DNA of 64,000 bases from the human T2T-CHM13v2.0 reference genome, Homo sapiens. The notes beneath the pieces were generated by a model. The model was not told where the DNA came from and made no database searches. It worked only from the letters and a program-made list of their open reading frames with translations. Location of the stretch: the NCBI RefSeq assembly GCF_009914755.1, contig NC_060937.1; one strand, given 5' to 3'. Made by a program: the position numbers and the translations under genes. This document shows positions 30,219 through 43,928 of the stretch, one piece after another; the first letter of the stretch is position 1; every line of letters starts with the position of its first letter.

Positions 30219-30694
30219 GGAAGCCATGTTTTAAATAGTCGAGCAACCAGTTAAATACATTTTTATGTTACGAATTTATAAATTTATGTTAGCATCACTT
30301 TTCAGTAATAATGTAGCATTCATTATTAGAAAAATATTAGGAGAGCCTGTTCCTTTTAAAATAATAAAGCAAATAATAAAGCATTTCTCATTTTCATTTC
30401 TACAACATGGGCCAAACTTTTAATAGATGCAGCATATGAATTTCTTTTTCTGCTTCACTTTTTAAATTTCCTTCCTACATTTACCTCTGGTTGGATGGGA
30501 ATCTTTCTACAAAAAGTTATGCTCTGAGAGATTACCGATGTTAGGCCCAGAACAATGTTACCTATTTCTTTATCTAATAGGTAGGACTCCAGACAGAAGG
30601 AGTGAGTGAGGGCTGAAATACAGTCTGTGCTGTGTGCCAAGCCACACCTTCAAGTGTGGCTATAGCTACAATCCCGAAGGAAGGGGTGCCCATT

Positions 30695-31300
30695 TTTTCT
30701 TTAACAGCTTATTGAGATATAATTTACATTCCAGAAATTCACCATTTTAAAGTGTGAAATTCAGCGGTTTTTGGTGTATTCATAGAGTTTTGCAACCATC
30801 ACTAATATCTGATTTTTGGAACATTTCATCATAAAAAATCCCCATGCCTATGCCCATTATAACTCACTCCCCTTTCCCTCCTGCCATTTCCCCAAGCCTC
30901 TGACAATCACTAATGAACTTTCTGTCTCTGTGGATTTGCCCATTCTGGACATTTCATATAAATGGAATAATATATGTGGCATTTTGTATCTGGTTTCTTT
31001 TACTTAGCATAGTATTTTCAAGATTCATCTATGTTGTAGCATGAATCAGTATTTCATTCCTTTTGATTGCTGATTGATGTTTCATTGCATGAATATGCTG
31101 CATTTTGTTTTTCTGCTCATAAGTTGATGGAAATTTGAGTTGTTTCCACTTTTTGACTATTATGAATAATATTGCTATAATCATTTGTCAACATATGTGT
31201 TCACTTGTCTTGGGTATACACCTAGGAGTAGAACTGCTGGGTCATATGGTAACTCTATACTTAATCTTTTGAGGAACTTCCACATTGTTTTTCAAAGTGA
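30695..31300 (-). mobile_element. L1MB 3' fragment
   Basis: tttattgagatataatt…ctttctgtctctgtggatttgcccattctggacatttcatataaatggaat. Confidence 0.85.
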
Positions 31301-31409
31301 CTGAAGAAATTTTGCCTGACGACAAATAAATATTTGTTGAAGGTACGATTTACCAACATGGCAAGTAACATAACTGAAATCCTGTCCTACTAGAGTTGGT
31401 CTGCAATAT

Positions 31410-31760
31410 ACAATGATTTCACTTATGATTTTTTGACTTTACAATAGCGCAAAAGCAATGCATATTCAGTAGAAACCATACCCATGCCACCATTCCATTT
31501 TTCAGTTTTAGTGCAGTATTTAATAAGTGATATGGATATTCAGCAATTTATTATAAATTAGGCTCTGTGTTAGAAGATTTTGCCCTACTGTAGGCTAACG
31601 TAAGTGTTCTGAGCACATTTAAGGAAGGTTAGGCTATGATATTCAGTATTCGGTAGATTAGGTATATTAAATGCATTTTTTACTTAGAATATTTTCAGTT
31701 GTGATTGTTTATTGGGTATATTGAGACATAACCCCACCATAAATTGAGAAGCCTCTGTAT
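31410..31760. mobile_element. MER6-like TcMar-Tigger transposon
   Basis: gcatattcagtagaaaccatac … gtaagtgttctgagcacatttaagg … end ctgTA. Confidence 0.7.
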
Positions 31761-34700
31761 AAAAGAAAAAGAAGATGAGAATAGAGGAGAATGGAGAAGA
31801 GTGTAAGACTGAGTGATGAGAGGGTGGGATTGATTCCCATCAGCTGGCCTGTGGTCAATGATTACTCAGCTCTTCCTCTCACTTTGCCTGGGGTGCACTC
31901 AAGCTTTGCCTTTAATGTGGCCCTAAACAACAACAACAACAACAACAATTCCTGCCTAGGAATTAACCAATGACCATTTGAGAGATAATAAATTAGTACA
32001 TAACGACATATAGGTCAGTTAATGGGGTTGCTAAAAAAAAATATAAGACACATGAAGGGAAAATTTTAAAACAAAATGTCATTTTCATTACCATTACAAA
32101 TATATCAGAGAGCTATCCGTCTCAGTTTTTACTCCAATCTCTATATATGTATGTATAGTTTGAACTGTAGCCAATGACAATAAAGTATTTATCCCAACAG
32201 TAGGTACTGTTTAGATACTCTCTGCAACCCAAAATTGTATGTCAGCCTAAACCTGCAACATTAATTTAAATTTCAAATTCCACAAGGGGATATTGAGCAC
32301 CAATTATGTTGACCAAACAATATACCAGGTTATGGGGAACAAAAAAATTACTTTAGACTTGGTCTCTGCCTTCAGAAAGCTAATAGAAGTGATAAGTTGG
32401 AAAGGGAAAAGCAGCAGTTCAATGCTATTAATATAAGTATGATAATAAACAATGGCAAGATGTACAAGGTGGCTCAGAAAAAGGATGGTTAATTCTGTGG
32501 AGTGTTTGGGGTTGGAACTCCAGAAGAGCAGGTCAAGGGAGCAAGAAATTGAGGGTTCGGATGAATTTGTGATGGGACCAATTAGTGAAGAAAGTGTTCC
32601 TGGAAAGGGACTGATAAATTAAAATGATATAGATCTGTGTAGGAACTAGAAATATGCTAAGGTTGAAAAAAAAGCAGTCATAGTAGGGGTGAGAAATGAG
32701 AGAAGACAGGAAATTAAGAAGTTACATTGCTAGATGGCTTCTTCTAACATTCCTTGTTGCTGTCCATGGCCACATTCTGGGTCTAAGGTTCAGCAAAACA
32801 TTACTTCTGAGATCCAGAGGATGGCTACAGGAGAAATCTGCTAAAGAGGAGTTGAGATGAGGTTTAGTAGAACAGAGAACAAGGAACTGTGAAGATACAT
32901 TGTTAGGTGACTCTCACACATGGACTTTGAATTCACTCAGAATGATGGCAAGAGTTGGAGGGGAATAAAGAATCATGAACCGGGTACCAGGAAATTATCT
33001 GAAGGTCAGTGCACGATAGCAATAAAATAAGAGTGCAACCAGTTTGTGTAAGTTTCTGAGAAGAGAAGGATCATTGGTAGTATCAGGAGAAGAGAATGCT
33101 GATCTACTCCACCAGGCCTCTCAGCACATGGTGATGTGAAAAAAAGAGCAGCCCCTCTACTTGAAGGAGCCACCAGGGAGCAGTGTCCTTAGGTCATGTG
33201 TCAGCTGTGGTGAGGAGGGGCAGAGATAATTCTGTGAAGGCCCTGAGGTTGTAGAGCTCTAACTTTGTGTGCAATTAGATGAGAGTTTTCTAGGGCAGAG
33301 GTTTGGCAGGAGGTTAGCAGTGAGAAAAGCCATTTGGCAGAAAAAGTACTTGGCAAGTTGTGATGGTTAACATATATTCACTGGGTCCTATGATGTGCCA
33401 GCCCTGTGCCGGATTTTGGCTTGGTGATGCAGTCATGCACAAATTGGTCTCAGCTCTGCCTTTGCGGAAAGAGAAGGATCTAAATTTGCCTCCCGAGAGT
33501 ACATGAATGAGAAGCTTAGAAAGAAATGACTGGCTTCAAGCTTCTCAAAGTGTAGTGTAGTGGATTTCCACTGAGACTAGATTATAAGATTTTTGAAATC
33601 CTTATTGAGTTGTAGAAAAGAGTGAGAGACTTAAAAGCTAAGATTTTAATTTGCCTTTGGGTGGTTTAGTTTTTGAATATAAAACCTACCTTCACAATTG
33701 TTGAAAGGTAAATATTTTATTTTACTTTCCCTCCTCCAGTGCTTTGAAGTACTAAGAGAGTCAGATGATCTGAATTAGTTTTAGGCAGGCAAGAATGGAG
33801 TTTAAATGTCGATTTAAAAAGCCCTTATTGATTATGTTTCTTTGGGCTACACAAATCAGGTTCACATTGTTGGAGCAAAATACTCAGCTATAAGATCCTT
33901 GGGCTATATTTTGTTCATCCTTGTATTTCCAGGATCTGAAACATCATAGGCAATTTATAAATATTTGTGGATTAAATAATTTAATCTTACAAAGATTCAG
34001 CAAGCAGTTTGGGTAGAGGGTAGGATGTCTAATAGGAGGGCAGAGGTGTCAGGGTGAGAAGGGCAGTCATTAGGGACAACCTCACCGATATAAATTAGAG
34101 TCAATATGAATGGAGGTTTCTTCTTGGCCCTTCTCATGTTCAGTGATAGAATGGAAAATAAATGTTCTTACTCTCCTACTTTGGACCTTTCTCTATTAAC
34201 TGCTGCTCCCTTCACTACCTAAAATAACCAAACTACTCAACTTGGGGAAGGTTCCAGATCATGATGTGACTGGGATATGTTAAGGGTCTGATCAGTTGGA
34301 ATCATCCTCATTTGGCCAAGGTAGTACCAATGGTGTTTGGGAATTTCCAGTAGACTCAGGGAGGTTGCAGCTCCCATCCATGGAGAATGGAGGATAGAAG
34401 ATTCACAGTGAATGAAGGCAAATAGGGATGTTGCATTTGTCAAGGTCAAGCAAAGACAGAAACAGTTTTATCTTGATGTACTTAATAAGTGCCAATATCT
34501 TAATTTCCTAACTCATTTATTCTGTTACTATGTATCTGTGAATGCAAAGACTGCAAAAATCATTATCAGAAAGACACATATTTTGAGTTATTTTTCCAGT
34601 GGCTATGATTCTTTGTAGAAATCAGTGTAGAGAACATATATGCCCATTTTATAGGATTTGAAGCATAATTTTTACTGTTTTCATTCATCAGGGAGGTTAA

Positions 34701-35251
34701 TAGTCGTTATATCTTTTACTTTTCCAACATACAGTTTGTCTTATATATGGCTTTTTTGATGCAAAACCCTTCTTCAGGAACAAAATTCCCTATTATGACA
34801 TATGAGAAAACATATTCTGTTTCACCTCTGTAATGTTGTGCTTTATGTTCAATTTCCAAGGGCAAAGGTGGCAAAAGATGTCTGGATAATTAAAACCAAA
34901 AGAGAAATAAATTAATTGGGCCCCAACTTAGATAACTCCTTCAGTCCTTTCCTCTACTTAGTAAACATATTATAATCAATGTACTATTTCTTAATCATTT
35001 TCCACTGTTTAGCTCCAGGCAGAAATGTAGAAAAGACCAAAAATATTTTGGGTGATTTAAATGCTTGAAGTCATGTTCTTCAACTTACTAATGCATAAAA
35101 GTCACCTGGGAAACTTGTGAAAATTGTAGATTCCCAAGCTTCATGATGTGACCTAGGAAAATGCATTTTAATAAATAGCCCAGTTGAGTCTGACACAGGT
35201 GATCTTGGGCACCATTTTGAGAAATAGGGTTAAGAGAATGTGAATACTTAC

Positions 35252-35356
35252 ATGGCCTATGAACCACAAGCAGAAAGCAGGAGAGATCCATTCTCTGGCA
35301 TGGATTCCACAGTCAATCCATATGGCATTTTTGGCTGCTTGTTCTTTTCCAGAAAC
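35252..35356 (-). CDS. CPB2: CPB2 exon 6 (105 bp; [35 protein letters not shown]), Zn-binding HxxE
   Basis: Acceptor tgagcag|GTTTCT, donor GGCCAT|gtaagt; GIHAREW motif. Confidence 0.98.
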
Positions 35357-36071
35357 CTGCTCAAAGAAACCCCAAAAGTAGCAAAAACAGTAACAATAAG
35401 CTTCAGGATAATAACTTTCATTTATATAGTGCTTATATTTAATAGTTTCAGCAAATCTCTGAGATATGCATTGTTCTGCATTTCTTTGAAAATTCTCAAG
35501 GGAAATTTAAACACTGGTGATACTAAGTGACATTAGTTAAGGTAGCAAAGCTGGTGTGAATTGAAACTGAAGTTTGAAGCCAGGACTCTTTGATTTAAAA
35601 CTGTTTTTATCCTCCACAATTATGCAGTCATGTCAGAGCTGCATGTGGAAGTTTCAAAGAAGAGACCAGAGAACTAATGATTTGGGCTGTATCTTCATGC
35701 TTCATTTAGAGGTAAATGGGTGTGAGTTGGATGGCAATCTTCCCCGGGAGGTGTGGAGACACACCCAGAGCAAAAACTCCCTCAAGATTTTCCTGAGTGC
35801 ATATTTTTTTTTTATGTGGATTATTTCTTTATTTCACACAAAAAGAAGCACACATCTAACCTCTCACGAACTTACCAGCAAATCCAGGGACAGAGGCTTT
35901 TTTCCCAGTATGGTGGGCTAACACAAGCTGCTAACTCTGGAATAAGAATCATCAACCTTTTCTCAATAATAGCCTTTGATGTCTTTAGAAGAATTATCAA
36001 GAACACCTCCAAAATTAATCATAATGTATTTGCCTTTAAAAGTCAGCTACAACACAGTTTAGGGTATAGAG

Positions 36072-36428
36072 CAGTGGTCCCCAACCTTTTTGGCACTAGG
36101 GACCAGTTTCATGGAAGACAATTTTTCCATGGATGGGGCAGAGTTGGGGTGGAATCAGTGGTGGGGATGGTTTGGGGATAAAACTGTTCCACCTCAGATC
36201 ATCAGGCATTAGATTCTCCTAAGGAGCATGCAACCTAAATCCTTTGCATGCGCGGTTCACAGTGGGGTTTGTGCTCCTATGAGAATCTAACGCTGCCACT
36301 GATCTGACAGGAAGCATTGCTCAGGCAGTAATGCTTGCTCGCTGGCTATTCATCTCCAGTTGCGTGGCCTCGTTCCTAACAGGCCATGGACTGGTACCTG
36401 TCTGCAGCCCAGGGGTTGAGGACCACTG
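36072..36428. mobile_element. MER1B-like hAT-Charlie transposon with TIRs and 8-bp TSD
   Basis: TIRs cagtggtccccaacc / ggttgaggaccactg; TSD gtatagag at 36064-36071 and 36429-36436. Confidence 0.92.
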
Positions 36429-37511
36429 GTATAGAGGGAAGGGAGAAGACTGTTGTAAAATCAAACAAATATGTAGACTTGCAATTCCAAAATAAGAAAA
36501 AGAAAGAGTTAGATATTTAGATTGTCATTTGAACCACTCCAGGAGGTTTTTTCCTAACTTGGAGCTAGCAATATTTAACAGGATAGTAAGTGAGAAAGCC
36601 CAATGGCATTGGCCACTAATCGTCAAATTGTATAGTCAAAGAGAACTACCTAGCTTAATCTACTCAATGCAAAGAAAATCTTAAGTTGTCTGGATTCATT
36701 ACTTTACTTGACCTTTCTAAGTCCTGGGCCAATTTTCTTGGCACTGGTTCTGACACCGAAAAGTTGGCAAAATCCCAGAGACTCACATTATCTGCACATC
36801 CTTGATCAAGTAAGAGTAGGACCAAACCATCCAGAATGCATGATTTTTCAACGTGTACAGGTTCCAGATAAGTATGTTCCAAGGACTACACACAACATGG
36901 CTGAAAGCAAATGTCATGGGTGGATATGCCATGATACATGGATCCAATCTGATTGACCAACTCAGTGACCAAGGGGACCCAACATTTCATATGTCTGCCT
37001 TGAGTCTGCACTGTAAGTTCTTGTAAACGACAGATTAAAATTGAGAAGTCCTAACCCAAAGTCTTATCTTTGAATGACTGAAGAGGCTCACCTATCACAA
37101 TTTAGATAATATTGGGATACTGTGCATAAATTATATGTTACTAAATTAAATGTACATTTTTAGTGACTACATTATTTTCCAGAGCTTTAAAAAAAATTTT
37201 TTTTAAGAGAGAGAGGTAGAAAACAGAACTATAGAGTTGTTTCCTAGTTCTGAAAACAATTGGCTGTGGCTATGTTCACTGACCTTTACTAAGGTCAATT
37301 TATTCAAGAGAGAAGACATCCAATCCAAGTTAGGTTAATCAATTTCTCTTGCATAATATTTTGCAACTGAAAATAAATAACCAAATGGGTGGAAATTGGA
37401 GTAGAAACCATCATAAGAACCCTACTGCAAAGGACTTCAGCCTTGTCCGGCTGTTTGTCCCTTGCTGGGATTTGTTGTCCTGGTCTTACTTTAGTTTCAA
37501 AAGCTGTACCA

Positions 37512-39619
37512 GGAAGTACTAACCAGAGCAAACAGGTAAGAGAAAGAAATAAAAGGCATCTAAATTGGAAGGGAAAAATCAAATTATCCTTGGTTTTAGA
37601 TGACACGATCTTATATTTAGAAAAACCTAGCCTCCACCAAAAAACTGTGTTAGAACTGATAAATTCAGTAAATTGCAGGTTATAAAATCAGCACACAAAA
37701 TCAGTAGCATTTATATACAACAATAGCAGACAACCTAAAAGAAAAATCAAGAAAGAAATACCATTTACAATGACCAAAAAAAAAAAACCTATAATAAATC
37801 TAACCAAAGAAGTGAAAGACCTACAATTAAGACCATAGAACACTGATGAAAGAAACTGAAGAGAACACACAAAAAAATGAAAAGATACCTCATGCTCACG
37901 GGCTTAAGAATTAATATTGTTAAAATGTCCATACTACCGAATGGAATCTACAGATTCAATGCAATCCCTGTCAATATCAATATACTCTTCATAGAAAGAG
38001 AAAAAAAATTCTAAAATTCATATGGAGCCATAAGAGATCTTGAAAATCCAAAGCAATGCTGAACAGAATGAGCAAAGCTGGAGTACTAAAACAGCATGGT
38101 ACTGGCATAAAAACAGACACATGGACCAATGGATTAGAATAGAGAACCCAGAAATAAATCCACAGATCTACAGTTAACTCATTTTCAACAAAGGCACCAA
38201 GAACATACATTGGGAAAAGGACAGTCTTGTCAATAAATGGTATTGGGAAAAATTTTATTCATAAAATTCAAACTAAATGCCTATCTCTCGCCTTATATAT
38301 AAAATCAACTAAAAACAGATTAGAATTAAATGTAATACCTAAAACTATAAAACTACTAGAAGAAAACATTGGGAAAACAATTCAGGACTTTGGTCTCAGC
38401 AAAGATTTTTTGGGTAAGATCTCAAAAGCACAGTCAACAGAAGCAAAAATAGATAAAGGGGATTACATCAAACTGAAAATTTGCTTCTGCACAGCAAAGG
38501 AAATAACAGCGTGAAAAGAAAAAAATGGGAGAAAATATGTGCAAGCTATCCAGCCAACAGGGACTTAATAACCAGAATATATAAGGAACGCAAACAATTC
38601 AAAAGGAAAAAAACAAATAATCCAATTTTAAAAATGAGAAAGGAATCTGAACAGACATTTCTCAAAAGAAGACACACAAATGGGCAACAGGTATATGAAA
38701 AAATCCTCAACATCACTAATCATCAGGGAAATGTGAATTAAAACCACAATGCAATGTCATCTCATTCCAGTTAAAATGGCTTTTATCCAAAAGACAGGCA
38801 ATTACGAATGCTAGAGAGGATGTGGAGAAAGGGGAACCCTTGTACACTGTTGGTAGGAATGTAAATTAGTTCAGCCACTATGAAAAACCATGTGGAGGTT
38901 CCTCAAAAAACTAAAAATGGAACTACCATATAAGCCAGCAGTCCTATTATTGGGTATGTATCCAAAAGAAAGGAAATCAGTATATCAAAAAGATACCTGC
39001 ACTCCCATGTTTATTACAGCACCATTCACAATAGTCAAGATATAGAATCAACCTAAGTGTTCTTCAACAGATGAATGGATAAAGAAAATGTGGATGTGGA
39101 TAAAGAAAATGTGGATATGCATGTGGAAAATGTGGATAACAAATGGAATATTACTCAGGCATTAAAAGGAATAAAATCCTATCATTTGCAGCAACATGCC
39201 CTGAAATAAGCTATGTAGGGAAAGACAAATACTACATGTTCTCACTGATATGGGGAGTGGAAAACGTTGATCTCATAGAGGTAGAGAGTAGAATGGTGAT
39301 TACCAGAGGCTGGGAAAGGAGGATAAAGAGAGATTAATTAGTGGGTACAAAATAGATAGAAGGAATAAGTTCTAGTGTGTAGTAGCACAGTAGGGTGACG
39401 AGAATCAACAATATTTCAAAATAGCTAGAAGATGAACTTAAAATGTTCCCAACACAAAGAAATGATAAATGTTTGAAGTGATGGATATCCCAAATACCCT
39501 GATTTACACATTGTATGCATGTATCAAAACATCACATGTGAGGAGGGAGGGAGAAAAAAAATCACATGTACCCCAGAAACATGTACAATTATTATGTATC
39601 AATTTTTAAAAATTAACAT
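37512..39619 (+). mobile_element. 5'-truncated L1MA (decayed ORF2 and 3'UTR)
   Basis: ORF2-like peptides (IKLSL..DDTILYLEKP; [11 protein letters not shown]); probable TSD aaaagctg(t/c)acca at ~37499-37511 and ~39622-39634. Confidence 0.92.
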
Positions 39620-39652
39620 CAAAAAGCTGCACCACTTTTTTTAATTTTTAAT

Positions 39653-39757
39653 TTTATTTTTTCAAGTCCCTGTTTTATTTTCTGTTAGTGTTTGTCCCCT
39701 AACAGAAATAGTGTTTGTCCACTAACGAAAATAAAACAAGGACTTGAAAAAAATAAA
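39653..39757. repeat. Inverted repeat (~38-bp arms) with internal 23-bp tandem duplication
   Basis: Arms 39653-39690 and 39720-39757 are near-perfect reverse complements. Confidence 0.9.
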
Positions 39758-39852
39758 CACCACTTCCTTCATTTTATGGAAATGTTAAATGGCTTATCTA
39801 ATGTCACATAAACAGAAACAGAGTTAATTCTAGAACTGGGATTCATCTAGAA

Positions 39853-39992
39853 TTGAAGCCTTAACCCCCTAGAGACTGTATTTGGAGATAGGGCCTTTAA
39901 AGAGGTGATTAAGTTAACATGAGGCCCTTAGGGTGGGTACTAATCCAGACTGACTGGTGTCCTTGTGGGAGGAGATTAGGACATACAGACCA
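39853..39992 (+). mobile_element. MLT1-family MaLR LTR fragment
   Basis: gactgtatttggagatagggcctttaaagagg…tgactggtgtcctt. Confidence 0.75.
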
Positions 39993-40180
39993 GGACAAGA
40001 CTATATTATTAATGGGAAAAATAACCAACCCCTAAATAGCCAGGTATTAAAGTTGAGGAACACTTGTAATGCAAATATTTTCAGAACTCAAAGGAAACAA
40101 ACTCAAGTTTTAACAAACACGACTGGAGAATTAATCCCTCCCCTCACAGTGAAAGATCAACAACTTTCCCCACAACATAC

Positions 40181-40282
40181 CTTTAAAACATAGAGTGGGT
40201 ACTTCTCAAATGAGGATCCAATGTGGATTTTTGTAAGCATATCAGGATGCCTCTCAGTTATAAATTCTATCCAAGAATAGAT
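40181..40282 (-). CDS. CPB2: CPB2 exon 5 (102 bp; IYSWIEFITERHPDMLTKIHIGSSFEKYPLYVLK)
   Basis: Acceptor ttgctag|ATCTAT, donor TTAAAG|gtatgt. Confidence 0.97.
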
Positions 40283-40917
40283 CTAGCAAAATGGAAACCA
40301 GAGGTTAGTCACGAAGCCAAGTTCAAAGCATTTCCCTGACCAAAGCAAGCAGACAACTTCTTCAGAGAAAGGAAAACCTCTGTATGTGGAATGCACGAGG
40401 ACCTAAAGCACTTAGGGCAGGGTGTTTCTTCTGCTGTTTAGGGAAATTAATAAAATTAAAGTTTTGATAAGTGTCAAGGTTTTGAGAAAGAGTGAAAAAG
40501 TGCTAAGATACTTATAATGAGGTAGGAAAAGTTAATCTATAAACTATGGCCCCTGAAAGTTACTTTTAAAGTCATCACATTGAGTCACTGCCCCTGTGTA
40601 TGAAATTCTTGTTCTCATTCATTCAAAAGTTCACTTTTATATGAGACTTTTTTAAAAATGCACTTTTCAAGATGAAGGGAGCCCTTAGCACTGTCTTCAT
40701 GCAGGATAAATGGAAGCATCATTGTTTCCCACTAAAGACCTGTGCAAGCACAGTGAGATTGGCACAATGATGAGAGGCAAAGGTGGGGACCATCTGGAGG
40801 AAAAACAAACAAACTCAATTATCCCCCCAAGAAGTAGTTCGATTCTGGACCTCTCTCTTGGGTGGAAGTCCAGTTGTATTTGAGGTTCTGTCAAGATAAT
40901 AGGGGAAGGAAAAAGCA

Positions 40918-40956
<39 letters not shown>

Positions 40957-41849
40957 ATTCTGACTTTAGGCTAGCACCCACTTCAAAGCAAACATTGAAT
41001 TATTGTCTGGTTTGGGATTGCTGGGATTGAACTGGGTTATGTTTTAATTTGGACCAACTTTCCAGGGTCCATTCTTAAACTCTGATGCCTTCTGAAACAG
41101 AAGCAATCAAACCCTGGCTTTATCTCTGGGAACTTTTCTAGAGGTGATTTCAAATAGCAATCCTAGCTGGTAAAAACTGGAGCACCATTTATCCTTGGGT
41201 TCTCTGAGATCACATAACCAGCATGAGTGGTAGGTGTGAGTGGTTGTCCCCATGCTGAGAATTAAGGGCTCCTGCCCACCTGCCACCAAGTACCGACCCT
41301 GTCAGTGTCTGGGGTGTCAGAAATGTAACTGTCAGCAATTTCCTAATTGAATCTCCATTTCCTGTGTTACTCTTCTAGGCATAAATACATCTGAGAAAGC
41401 TACCACAAAAAAATAATTTATGCATTGATACTTCAGTAGATTTCCTCTAACAGGAGAGGCTGTATAATATGAAGGCAGTTTAACCGACAGACTTTATTCA
41501 TTTCTCAAACTAAGCTGGGGTAATAATGTAACATCCTTTGAAGAACTCTTTTCTCTCACCATTTCTTCTAAGAAGTAATTTTTGGCCATTTGTTTCTTTC
41601 TCCCTACACCGGATCATTTAAGATCTCCTGGTGTGAGTCAATGACAAAATAACCTCTGCTGCCCACCAGTCCATCTTGTAGGTAGGGCTGATCAAGAGAC
41701 CACCGATCAAAGGGAAAGAAGCACTTAGAGGAATATTCTGAGAGCAAAATGCTTATGGTTCCTATGAACCTGTTAGAAAATAATAGGGGCGGGGGTGCAA
41801 AGAGAAGCACAAGACATTTTCTATAATGTCATAGTTAAGGAGTAGATGT

Positions 41850-42563
<714 letters not shown>

Positions 42564-43819
42564 AGCCATGTGCTTATTTTTTCCTCCTGTGTCATTCCAA
42601 CTCTTTCCTGAACATATCGTAAGAAAACATAACTTTTTTGAACAAAATAATTAAAATATGTTTTAACAAATATTTAAAAATACTTCTGTTTATGGCATTC
42701 CCCTCTCCCCACCAAACTTATCACAGCAGTGACAGTTTCACCTTCTATGAAGGTGAAATCCCACCTATGAAGCCTCTCTGCATCAAGTTTGCTCATGCAG
42801 TCGTGCTGATGGATGCTGGAGAGAGGTGGTCTAAGTTGGATAGATGTAGGAGAGATTAAAAAAGGGGGGGTGCAATTTTAAGGCCCCCTCAATCAACCAG
42901 GCACACATTCTAGAAGCATACTGACTCTGGCTTAATTAACTGGGAAGGAACAGATGCTTTTAAAGATTATATACATAAAATTGATTCTCATTACCTAAGT
43001 CTTAGATGTCTTAAAAATATGGATATGGTCCCTAATAGTTTCTGGGCACTTAGTCAAAGATGACAAAAATAGTTATATTAGGCAATATAGCTGCATACTC
43101 ATAAAAAGGCATCAAGGTATTTTTACTACTTGGAGAATATCATATAAAAAAGAAAGTCCTCCTGCGAATTTATTCTTTCAACTAACAAATACAGGGAATG
43201 GCTTTTAGTGGATTATGTGAAAGCTTGCTGAGGTCTCACCTGCACATCAACATCTTACTCAAGTTCTCTCTAGAAGGAGTGGAACCTGTAAGTACTGATA
43301 GAAAAAAAATCCAATTTCTTACAGATTAAAACAAAGGCATTATTATTATTATTAGTTTAAATAGCTTCCTTCTAAGGAATAAAATGCAATTAGTTATAGT
43401 GTATTAAATATAAGTGAATATATTCCTTTAATTCAGTGAGCTAATCTGGTAATTAGTAAAATTAGGGTAATGGTCCAAAGAGACATGATTAATTGGACTG
43501 GTAATTTTTTGGTGGCAGTTTTAATTAAAAGCCCCAATTCTTTAATTTCTGTTGTTCCATAGCATAAAGTGTTATTCCCAGCAGTTAGAGATATTCTTAG
43601 CTGTAGACAAACATCCTGCAGTTTACCAAATATGATGCAGTCTTCTCAGGGAAGAGATCTACCAAAAAATGAATGACCACCATTTAATTAACCTAAGTGT
43701 GTTTGTGTTTTATTTTTTACCATCTTCCACCAATTATGATTCTTGAATATTCCCCTGATTGAAATGGCAATACTGGTTAAATGAAAATAGTAGCTTTGAA
43801 GAGCTGTGTGATGGCTTAC

Positions 43820-43928
43820 TTCATTTAGTGAGTGATACTGTTCATAGTACGATGCGGAGGCTCGGGGGCTGACTGTGTCGTTGGAAATCTGCTGTTGAAT
43901 AAGATCTTCCACGTCTGCCAGCAAGACA
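43820..43928 (-). CDS. CPB2: CPB2 exon 4 (109 bp; VLLADVEDLIQQQISNDTVSPR|ASASYYEQYHSLNE), activation cleavage site Arg114
   Basis: Acceptor cacctag|TGTCTT, donor AATGAA|gtaagc; Arg codon at 43862-43864. Confidence 0.98.

Noticed and set aside
30640-30661. 8-bp hairpin agccacac-cttcaa-gtgtggct
   Set aside because: Short enough to be expected by chance in 64 kb.
35574-36181. 115-aa and 142-aa plus-strand ORFs
   Set aside because: Non-ATG starts, one runs into the MER1B element, and neither has a recognisable motif.
37389-39337. L1 ORF2-like ORFs as an active retrotransposon
   Set aside because: 5'-truncated, internally deleted, with many stops and frameshifts.
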